A stretch of 64,000 bases of DNA from NCBI GenBank assembly GCA_963706575.1, contig CAVPNL010000003.1, positions 491,912 to 555,911 of the forward strand. The letters are read 5' to 3'. The position numbers and the translations under genes were made by a program. This document shows, piece by piece, positions 20,903 to 29,640 of this stretch. Origin of the DNA: an uncultured delta proteobacterium (lineage in GTDB: Bacteria; Desulfobacterota; Desulfobacteria; Desulfobacterales; JAHEIW01). The notes under the pieces are model-generated. The model ran no database searches and was not told the DNA's origin. It saw nothing but the letters and a program-made list of their open reading frames with translations. Each line of letters begins with the position of its first letter. The first letter of the stretch is position 1.

Positions 20903-21568
20903 TTAATTGAAAGTCAGGTTTCGGCATTCCACCCTTCGCGTCAAGGTACGGCTGACCATTTCGTCGCGTCCGGCCGGCTCCTGATGGGTGACTAATATTT
21001 CAACGGTTCTGATATCAGCGAGTTTATCATCCGGAACCCGCGGCGGGCTGAGTCCCGAATCGATCAAATCGGTGTTGTCGGCATCAAAATATGCAAAATT
21101 TAGATTCGTTATATTGCTGATCAATGCCGCAGTGTCTGCGGTGGAGGTCGTCACCGTCTCATATAATGTCTGCATGACCTGGTTGCCTTGAAAATCATAA
21201 GTAATCTCTTCCCAATTCGCTTCATCCACAATGCCATTGAAAGTGTCGCTGTCTATGGTAAAGCGAATCTTGCTCTGAGACGCATACGTAATTCCGAAAT
21301 TATCACTGTCGGACGGATCGAGGCCCGCATGCCGGATGTCTCTTGCCATCAGTCGAATCGCCGAACGTAGATTTTGCTGTACATTCGCCGCCGCATTCTG
21401 GGTGGTAAAATTTTTATTGGCAATCGTAAACACACTATACATGGCAGCCAATACAATGGTTGAAATTGCCAGTACCATCACCATTTCAACAAGTGTGAAC
21501 CCCCGGTGGCTATTTTTTTGTGAGACTATTCGATTTAAGATGATCGATTTGCGTATTTTATTGAACAT
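20903..21568 (-). CDS. pilW: Minor pilin PilW (cassette B)
   Basis: RG/FTLVEMVM; QQNLRSA...DIRHAGLDP; C-terminal RVECRN. Confidence 0.85.
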   Translation of the reverse strand: MFNKIRKSIILNRIVSQKNSHRGFTLVEMVMVLAISTIVLAAMYSVFTIANKNFTTQNAAANVQQNLRSAIRLMARDIRHAGLDPSDSDNFGITYASQSKIRFTIDSDTFNGIVDEANWEEITYDFQGNQVMQTLYETVTTSTADTAALISNITNLNFAYFDADNTDLIDSGLSPPRVPDDKLADIRTVEILVTHQEPAGRDEMVSRTLTRRVECRNLTFN

Positions 21569-22028
21569 TGATATTTCCCAAACGGTTTATCGTGATTTGT
21601 CTATTGTTGCCTTCTTGAATTATCCCTATTGTTTCCGGCGTAACAATATCTGCAGGAATCCCTCTACTGTTAAACCGGACTTTATCAGTGAAAGCCCCCG
21701 GAAAGTTGAGATTAGCGGTATCGATGCTGACACTGGGCGGCAAAACCCGATCGAGCAGGATATTTTCACCGCTTGAATCCCAGTCTTTATTGCTATCGAC
21801 AAATATTTTGTAGCTTCTCGGATTAAATTCAATCACCACAAGGTCATTCTCGCGAATCGCCTCCGTCTTCGCCATTTCGAGATCCACGGTAAAGCTTGAT
21901 ACCGCGCTCCGCAGCCGGGATGTTCGGTACCACTTCAGATAAGGCGGCATCGTTATCGCCGCAATCACTGCCATAATGGCGATGGTCACCATCAATTCAT
22001 ATATCGTGAAACCCGAGTTTTTTCTCAT
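21558..22028 (-). CDS. fimU: Minor pilin FimU/FimT (cassette B)
   Basis: SG/FTIYELMVTIAI; FNSRG motif; close paralog of 27893-28384. Confidence 0.85.
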   Translation of the reverse strand: MRKNSGFTIYELMVTIAIMAVIAAITMPPYLKWYRTSRLRSAVSSFTVDLEMAKTEAIRENDLVVIEFNPRSYKIFVDSNKDWDSSGENILLDRVLPPSVSIDTANLNFPGAFTDKVRFNSRGIPADIVTPETIGIIQEGNNRQITINRLGNINVQ

Positions 22029-22065
22029 TAATCTGAACTCCTTGTTTAAAATATGACCCTATTAA

Positions 22066-22081
22066 TTCAAGACTTGTGCCA
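22066..22081 (-). promoter_or_regulatory. Sigma54 (-24/-12)-like promoter, cassette B
   Basis: Minus strand TGGCAC-AAGTC-TTGAA about 40 nt upstream of fimU; a matching motif precedes cassette C. Confidence 0.6.
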
Positions 22082-22459
22082 GATCTGTTGGCACCAGAAT
22101 ATTTTTGATCTAGCACGCCTTATATTATTAATATCATACTGAAATTATTGTATATTATTTTCTTTAGGGATTTGAAATCTATCGCTTAAAACCAAAAGAA
22201 ATGAGAAGCTGCGAGGGGTAAAAAATTTAATGGCAATTACGATATGGTCATCAAAATGGATGGGTCGCTCCGGAATGGGGTGGCTATGGCGGTGGGAATG
22301 ATTTCCTGAATATTTATATATATAAATTTCAATATGTTATAAAGTTTTTAGCTCTCACGTCAATTCATTGGAGCCTCGAAATCGCTGAGATTCTGTCTGA
22401 AGCTGATTTTGGAAGGCGGTATTAAATAAGTTTATAACTATTAAATAATTTAAATCATT

Positions 22460-22933
22460 TTAGTTCTTTATACCCGACGCCCGTCGCTCGATCCGGTTAG
22501 ACCGCCGGCTTTCTTTGCTGATTTTACGCACCACCGGTTTTTTGCGTTCCGGTGGATCGATCCGTTGTACCAGCGATGCAACAACCCCGCCATCGATATG
22601 CTTGAATCCTTTGACGTACACCCATTGGCCCCGGCTGAAAGCGCCGAAATCCATGCGGTTACCTTCCGGATCCGTCAACTCGGTTATTAAATGCTGGTCT
22701 CCAAGGCTCAGGTCCACCACATAAATGATTTGCTCGGCTGCAACCAATTGCGCCTTTTTGGAGTTTACATCCATAATAAGCGCATGCGCTTCGAAGGGAT
22801 CGCAATCATCAAAACTGAAATTTTTCAGTATATCCGATTCGGCAGGTGCCTGCAAAGGAAGCATCAGGACCCCCAGACCCAAAATCAGCACCAGCAAAAT
22901 CGCTTTCTGATATATACTCTCAAAAAAGTCCAT
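22460..22933 (-). CDS. Exported hypothetical protein downstream of pilY1 (positionally PilY2-like)
   Basis: Signal-peptide-like N-terminus; beta-rich body ending GQWVYVKG; basic tail. Confidence 0.6.
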   Translation of the reverse strand: MDFFESIYQKAILLVLILGLGVLMLPLQAPAESDILKNFSFDDCDPFEAHALIMDVNSKKAQLVAAEQIIYVVDLSLGDQHLITELTDPEGNRMDFGAFSRGQWVYVKGFKHIDGGVVASLVQRIDPPERKKPVVRKISKESRRSNRIERRASGIKN

Positions 22934-22949
22934 TCTATATCCCTTTCTT

Positions 22950-23094
22950 GAAGTGGTTTCAAAACCTCAGATCAGGTTCAAGGGCAAGGCGTCAGGCCGA
23001 TCGAGAAAGCGCAGCATACATTGGGTATGTGAGCATTTATCGGAGGCTGCAACGCAGCCATTGGGCCTCAGATGGGGTTTTGAAACCACTTCTA
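22950..23094 (+). mobile_element. 145-bp intergenic hairpin element (MITE/REP-like)
   Basis: GAAGTGGTTTCAAAACC...GGTTTTGAAACCACTTCTA; its terminal CTA is the TAG stop codon of pilY1-C. Confidence 0.85.
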
Positions 23095-26000
23095 AAACAT
23101 TTGATGCCAGTAATAGCGATACATATCCGGTGTTACGACGGCCGGCATGCTGACAATGCCGCCCTCAACGCCGATAAAAATCCGTGCGCCGTTTTCAAAG
23201 ATGGCAATTACGGGGGCGGATGGGATGGCGGTGCCAATGGCAATCGCCCGGTCTTTTTTGCCCACATCGACCACATTGCCGTCACCATCGTACTCGATTT
23301 CCGTACTGAAATCGGAAACCGAAGCACCGGTTTTATAATCTACCGCATATAGACGGCCGACTCCCCGTACGGTAGAAGCCGCGCAGGGATCGGTACCAAC
23401 AGCGCCGGCAGTATCCGGTGTGTAGGTTGTAAAATAAACGACCCCGCCATACACTCTCGGGGATGCCACCACTTTTTCGCCTGTGTTTTCCAGCCGAATG
23501 AACCAGCCCTTGCCGTCTTCTAAACTCGTTTTGACCGCCTCTTTTTGGGCTTCGGTGCCAAGTTGAATGAGATCATCGGTGACATCCACAAGATCGGATT
23601 CATCCAATGTTCCGGCACCTGACCAGTCGTTTTTGACGGCGTAGAAACGGTTTACGACCCCGGTATCACTGGGATCGGTTCGATCCCCGGTGCCAAAAAA
23701 GATATATTCACCGAACTCTTCACCCACCACATCGGGTGCATAAAGAATCTTGCGTTGAACGCCGTCCACTAAAGAGGCCGAAAACAGCTTCTGAGCGGAC
23801 CAGGTCCCGTCGGCTATTGACTTCGAATAGGTGCCGCTGCAAAAAGACATAGCCTCATCGTCTTTGAAGGCAAAGATGTTTCCCCCCAGATCGCCGGCAT
23901 AGATCCGATTGACGATACCGTCACCGTCATGATCGATGCCCGATACATCCACAATGGAATGGGTCATACCCAGGGTGGGATTGGCTGTAGCGTTAAAATT
24001 TAGCCCGCTGACAACCTGTCCGTCGGTCACCCGGACGCCAAAGAGAGCGCGGCCGACCGAATCGGTTGCGCTGGGCGCAGCCAGATCCTGGTTGTCGTCG
24101 TATCCTCCGGGTAGCAGAAAGACATCAGCCACATCCGTATTGACGGTGACGCTGCAGGTGGGGGGTGTGCCCGTCTCGCTAATGGTCACATTGGTAGCCA
24201 CCGTGACAGCCTGGGGTCGACTCCAGGATTGGCCCAGGATCTCATAGATGTCGGTATCCGGAAAGTTTAAGGGATCCGGGTCCAAAATGGTGGACCCGAT
24301 GGAATACAGCCAGGACGGAGCATGGGGGGTTGTGATATCGAGGGCCACATAATTTTCACCACCGCGCCGCTCGCCGATAATCAGAATTTTCTGACTCGAA
24401 CCAATGTAAACAGAAGGTGAACCGTCCATGAAGTATTGGTGATCGTCGTTATCGAGCAATTTCAGTTGCCCCAGTTGGTACGGAGCAATAAAGCCCCAGA
24501 TTTCGCTACCGTCGGCATCATCAAACGCATGCAGGATACCATCATTGGCACCGGCATAAATGATGGTTTTGCTATCGTCGGTAGCCGGATTGCCATCCGG
24601 ATCCGGATAATGCACCACCGCCGGCTCGGAATGAATGATATCTCCAAGCCACCCCTCCTGAACCGCATTAAACAGCTCGGTTCTTTCAGTACTTGAAGCC
24701 ACCCCCAGCGCTTCGTCCGTGATGAGATCGTTGGAATCTACAAAGGCATTTGACGGATCGGTCAGGAGCTCTGCATTGTCGGCATCAGAGAGCGTATAGG
24801 TATAAAGATTGCGCGCCATGGGGCTATCGATAAGCAAATCAAGGACTTCAGCCGCTCCGCCCTTTTCCACATCCGGTCCATCATTTCCCAGAGTTGTCCA
24901 AAAAGAAAGGGCATTGTCCTTGATCAATCCGTCCGCCGTGCAGGCTTCAACCCCGGTGGCGTCGTGAAGAACACCGTCGCTGTCCAGCGCATAACGCTTG
25001 ATATTGCCGATCCAGCGACCGCTCTGCTGGGGCTTAAAAAAACCCAGATAGATTTTTTCACCGGCATAGGTCCGGTTCATGCGGCTGATGGGAACCACCG
25101 GCGCCACAAACACGGCATTTTCTTCAGAAATGGCCATTAAGATTTCATCGAAAGCCAGCGCGAGGTCAGATATGTTATCTGCTGTAAAATATTCACCGCC
25201 GCCGTTGGAGGCGGTATCCTGTAGAAGCTGCTGGGAGGTCTTAAAACCAATAGTATACGTAACAATATTTTGCTTATCAAATGAGGTGCCGTCACCAATA
25301 CTGGGGTTGCAGTCGTTCTCATATAGATATTTAGCAACATCGTCCAAATAGTCTGATCCATCATCGGTGTAAACAGCTTCCGAACCGCTATGGTCATTGT
25401 CATAATCACCGATTTTATCTCCATTGATGTAATTGGCGTCGGTCAGTCTATCGTCGATATCCTGGGTGGACTGCCCGTCGGTCATGATGATGATATAGTT
25501 TTTCTGGCAGCGCTCCAATATAGGAGTTGTATAACTGACACCGGAATTGTACCAGCTGTTCATTCCAGCAAAATAGAGCCCAGCTTCTGCCAGCGTCTCC
25601 GCCAGCGGTGTCCATCCGTTAGCGGTAATATTACTTACTTCAGTGATTAAAGTTGTCTTATCTGTACCGATCTCGGCAACGATATGCCCACCTTGATTGT
25701 CATTAAATTTCATGATGCCGAAGCGCACACCGGTGGTGTTATTAAGCAGATCTGTAATAACTTGCTTGGCCACATCAATTCTGCTGAGCGGTGTCCCGAT
25801 ACCGGATTCATCATAGTTTATATAATTGCCCAGACGAAGCCGTCGCATTTATTTTGCCGCCACAGGTGTAGCTGGTATCTCGGATTTTAGCACGCGAATT
25901 TCCGTCTAGCAGCAATTCGGTTTTAACCGAATCACAGTTAAGATCATTTATATCCGAAGCGAATAACTGCCAGATATAAACCTTATTCGCTTTATCCCAG

Positions 26001-26232
26001 TAACGCTGGTAAACTGCAAGGGGGGGATAGGATCCGGGTAGGTAACTGCCGGATCATACGGGTCTCCCGGCACATCCACGGTGGACATGCTTCCGGAAGA
26101 ATCAAAAATAATCAGTATATTGGGTTCTAAGTCCGGATTGGTAACGGCACCGTATATTTCGGTATCGTCCGCCCGGCTGGAAACCGATGTGCTTATCATC
26201 AATATCAGGGCGATCAGTAACCATCTCTTCAT
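23092..26232 (-). pseudogene. pilY1: PilY1 (cassette C), interrupted by two compensating frameshifts near 26036 and 25850 (possibly sequencing error)
   Basis: Signal peptide and IIFDSSGSM (26232-25948 ORF) are in the same frame as the 918-aa ORF (GDIIHSEP, YAGANDGILHAF, YAGDLGG); the gap reads openly in another frame (GSYPPLAVYQRYWD...TCGGK). Confidence 0.88.
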
Positions 26233-26301
26233 ACTTAAATCTCCTCATCCCAAGCCTGACGACATATTCCGCTTTATTGGCCCCTTAAGGCATCGGCCTT
26301 G

Positions 26302-26841
26302 CTAAAATTTGTTGAATACCTTCCAGGCTCCCACCTGGATGTGGGTGTTACCCTTGGTTGAATAAGCTGTAATTCCATAGCGACGGATCTCAAAATATTT
26401 CAAGCTGTAGCCCGAACCGGCCGGTGGCGGACCGATATGGGGCTGCAGCGGCAGATTATTGCTGTCATTTCCCAGACCGGAAACCGCGGTTCCACTGCTC
26501 TCAATGCAGCGTATCTCCACCCTGGCAACCGGTTCGCCGTTTTCGTCATTGGACAAAACAACCTTTTTAGCCAGGGTTTGATCTTCGGTCAGAAAATCGT
26601 CGGTCATCCAGTTGGTCGAACCGCTGTTGTAATTTTCCATGGCATCGATCAGCCCGGCCTCGGCATTATAAAATTCCCGGACCATCTGGCCTTCGTTGCG
26701 TACAATTTTAACTTCCGTATTGGAGGTCCAAACCGCCAGCACACCGGCGATGACCAAAATGGCTGAAACCAGAATGGCAGTGCCCAATATAAAGCCGTGT
26801 TCATTATGAAGGGTCTTTTTCAGCGATTTAAACATCTTCAT
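26302..26841 (-). CDS. pilX: Minor pilin PilX (cassette C)
   Basis: NEHG/FILGTAILV prepilin without Glu5; FYNAEAG motif. Confidence 0.85.
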   Translation of the reverse strand: MKMFKSLKKTLHNEHGFILGTAILVSAILVIAGVLAVWTSNTEVKIVRNEGQMVREFYNAEAGLIDAMENYNSGSTNWMTDDFLTEDQTLAKKVVLSNDENGEPVARVEIRCIESSGTAVSGLGNDSNNLPLQPHIGPPPAGSGYSLKYFEIRRYGITAYSTKGNTHIQVGAWKVFNKF

Positions 26842-26859
26842 ATTTTTTCTCTTTTTTGG

Positions 26860-27463
26860 CTAGAGATTCCGGCATCTGACGCGCGTTGTATAGGTACGGC
26901 TCACCGTTCCGCTCCGGCCTGCCGGTCGTTGCAAGGTCAGGGAAATAAGGACCGTTCGAATCTGAGCGACTGCAACGGGCTCGGGCAGCAGGTTGTCTGC
27001 CTGGTCCAGGTAGGTAAAGGACAAAGCGGTGACATGGTCCAGAAGGGTGGCGGTTAGCGACCCGCTCCCGAGATCACTGGTCTGCTGAAGCAAATTGCCG
27101 TTTAAGGCATAAATGATATCTTCAAAGGGATCATCGAGATCACCGTCATAGTTGAGATCGGCGCTAAATTGAACTGCTGGTAGAATTGGTATTGGCTGGA
27201 TTAAAACCGGCAGCGGCAGAGCCCAGGGGGTCCAGTCCGGCCAGGCGGATGTCGCGCGCCATCAAATCGATTCCAATACGCGATTTTTGCTGGACACCGG
27301 CTTTGACATTTTCATTGGCATAGGATCGGTTAAAGGTGTCAAATGTCCGGTAAATCGTACCAAAAAGAATCGAGAGTATCGCAATGCACATCAACACTTC
27401 AACCAAGGTAAACCCGGCTGAACGCAGAGCCTGATTCTTTATCTGAATCAGATCGATTTTCAT
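26860..27463 (-). pseudogene. pilW: Minor pilin PilW (cassette C), +1 frameshift near 27174
   Basis: AG/FTLVEVLM...DIRLAGLDP continues as VQFSADLNYDGD...RTYTTRVRCRNL after one base is removed. Confidence 0.82.
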
Positions 27464-27879
27464 ACGCCATTCCCCATTGTGTTGGAGCGCACAATCACGC
27501 GACGGGTACTGCCGAATTTCGTCCATTCCACGGTCACACTGACACGACGCGAGGAAGTTCCCAGAGGATCAATCCGCCAGTTCCGATTGTAAATACCGCC
27601 GGGATTACCGCTGGCATCAACCCGGGTGGAATCAACATAATCACCCACTGCCAGCGCTGTTGAGTCAATGTCCTGGTTTTTAAGCATTTCCAGCGTGGCT
27701 TTCGCCAGCATGGTGGCCTGGGTGGAGGTATTGCCGGTCGTGTTGTTGCGTACCGCCGAGTACTGCATGGATGCCGCCGCCAGCATACCCATCGCCATGA
27801 CGGACATGGCAATTAACAATTCGATCAAGGAAAATCCGTTATCTTTTTTGACGGTATTTTGAAGCTTTTTGATTCCCAT
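27460..27879 (-). CDS. pilV: Minor pilin PilV (cassette C)
   Basis: NG/FSLIELLIAMSV; GNPGGIY motif shared with PilV-A; alternative in-frame ATG at 27903. Confidence 0.85.
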   Translation of the reverse strand: MGIKKLQNTVKKDNGFSLIELLIAMSVMAMGMLAAASMQYSAVRNNTTGNTSTQATMLAKATLEMLKNQDIDSTALAVGDYVDSTRVDASGNPGGIYNRNWRIDPLGTSSRRVSVTVEWTKFGSTRRVIVRSNTMGNGV

Positions 27880-27892
27880 TTTGGTTTCGCCT

Positions 27893-28384
27893 TTATTGAA
27901 CATTGACAAAGCCCAATCGATTGATGGTAATTTGCCGGCCTCTGACAGTATTGGCCACCGGTATGATTTCAGGTGCGAGAATATCGGGCGGTATTCCACG
28001 AGCATTGAATCGCATTTTATCATTGAACGTCGGAAAACTGAGACTGCCGGTGTCGATCTGGACACCGCTGGGCATTTTGCGGCTGAGAATTTTTCTTTCG
28101 TCGCTATCCCGGTTCCAGTTTGGCGGTCCGCCCACGCCATCCCCCGCATCCAGGAACATGGTGTAGCTGTTTGCGCCGAACTGAACGACAACAAAGGTAT
28201 TTTCGCGAATGGCCCGTATTTTTGCCATTTCGAGGTCCGAGGTCAAATTAACCACAGCGCCCTCTAAACGTCTTGTCCTGTTCCACCTGAGGTAAGGCGG
28301 CATCATCAAAGCAGCGATCACAGCAACAATGGCAATGGTGGTTGCCAGTTCAAGAGCCGTAAATCCTGAGTTTTTTCGCATCAT
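27893..28384 (-). CDS. fimU: Minor pilin FimU/FimT (cassette C)
   Basis: SG/FTALELATTIAI; FNARG; paralog of FimU-B. Confidence 0.85.
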   Translation of the reverse strand: MMRKNSGFTALELATTIAIVAVIAALMMPPYLRWNRTRRLEGAVVNLTSDLEMAKIRAIRENTFVVVQFGANSYTMFLDAGDGVGGPPNWNRDSDERKILSRKMPSGVQIDTGSLSFPTFNDKMRFNARGIPPDILAPEIIPVANTVRGRQITINRLGFVNVQ

Positions 28385-28409
28385 TTTAATCTCCTCTGCA
28401 GGCAGTTGT

Positions 28410-28425
28410 TACAAAACTTATGCCA
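28410..28425 (-). promoter_or_regulatory. Sigma54 (-24/-12)-like promoter, cassette C
   Basis: Minus strand TGGCAT-AAGTT-TTGTA about 26 nt upstream of fimU. Confidence 0.55.
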
Positions 28426-28711
28426 TTTCGATTTTTTGGATGATCCGGTACCGAATTGAAAAAGTGTGACAAACCAAAGCGCGATTTTTATTCGCGTTTT
28501 AGAAATGATATAAGATCCTGATTTTGTTAGTCTTAATACCTATTTAGGGTGGGTCTGAGGAGGGTGCGAGAGGATATATTATTTTAGATTGGCTTCTACG
28601 AGGGATTTTGGAAAATGTTAAAAGGAAGCAATTAATTACAATATTGAAATTTGAATTTCGAGTTTGAAATTGAAGTTGCAAGCTGTGAACCGGTTTCGGA
28701 CGGAGCCCAGT

Positions 28712-29530
28712 TTAACCATTAGCAACAGCATCAACGGCATTTTGCAGCATCCGGATGCCGACGGTGGGACCGGATTCGGGAGTCTGGCCCAGTCGCCGGA
28801 TTTTTTCCCGGTTACGGGTCCAGTCCGGGTGATTGGTCCAGTGATTATAGGCTTCCGGGTGCGGCATCAGGCCGAAGATCCGCCCGGTAGGATCGCAGAT
28901 ACCGGCGATGTCCTGTAAGGAACCATTGGGGTTGAAAGGAAAGCGGCCCTGGGCCAGGTTTCCGTCCGTATCGGCATATTGCAGCGCGATCTGATTACCT
29001 TCGAGCAAACGGGCAAGGGTATCGTCATCGGCATAGAACTTCCCTTCTCCGTGGCGCACCGGAAACTGGGCCGTGTCGATTCCCCGGGTAAACACACAGG
29101 GCGATGCCGGATTGGTCTTTAAATAAACCCACTGATCCCTGAAATTGCCGCAATCATTGAATGTCAGCGCCACCGAGCGCCGGGTATAATCCCGGTCGAA
29201 CCCCGGTAACAGGCCGAGATTAACAAGGGCCTGAAAACCATTGCAAATTCCCAGAACCAGATTTCCCTGATCGACAAATTCGAGAATCCTTTCGCCGATA
29301 TTGGTCTTGAGGCGCACGGCCTGAACCACGCCGGCGCCATGATCATCGGCCCAGCTGAATCCGCCGATAAAAACCATGATCTGAAAATCCTCCAGGCGGG
29401 CATCTCCGTCAATCAAAGAATTAATATGGACAAACCGGGTTTTGGCCCCGGCCAGCTGAAACGCATGGGCCGTCTCGTTGTCGCAGTTTAATCCAAAACC
29501 GGTCATAATCAGGACGTTGACGTCGCTCAT
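28712..29530 (-). CDS. purQ: Phosphoribosylformylglycinamidine synthase glutaminase subunit PurQ
   Basis: GGFSWADD, LGICNGFQ, HGEG, GLMPHPE. Confidence 0.95.
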   Translation of the reverse strand: MSDVNVLIMTGFGLNCDNETAHAFQLAGAKTRFVHINSLIDGDARLEDFQIMVFIGGFSWADDHGAGVVQAVRLKTNIGERILEFVDQGNLVLGICNGFQALVNLGLLPGFDRDYTRRSVALTFNDCGNFRDQWVYLKTNPASPCVFTRGIDTAQFPVRHGEGKFYADDDTLARLLEGNQIALQYADTDGNLAQGRFPFNPNGSLQDIAGICDPTGRIFGLMPHPEAYNHWTNHPDWTRNREKIRRLGQTPESGPTVGIRMLQNAVDAVANG

Positions 29531-29548
29531 TATCTATCTCCGTTCAAT

Positions 29549-29640
29549 AGCATGGCGCATAGCGCAGAGCGCATAGGGTTGCCGAATGCTGAAAAAAGTC
29601 ACATTTTTTACGCTATGCTCTATGCGCTTTGCGCTTTGCC
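29549..29640. repeat. Degenerate 7-mer tandem repeat hairpin (AGCGCAT / ATGCGCT)
   Basis: AGCATGGCGCATAGCGCAGAGCGCATAG and the inverted CTATGCTCTATGCGCTTTGCGCT between purL and purQ. Confidence 0.7.

Noticed and set aside
9686..26232. Diversity-generating retroelement or shufflon acting on pilY1
   Set aside because: No reverse transcriptase, recombinase, template/variable repeat pair or inversion sites were seen.
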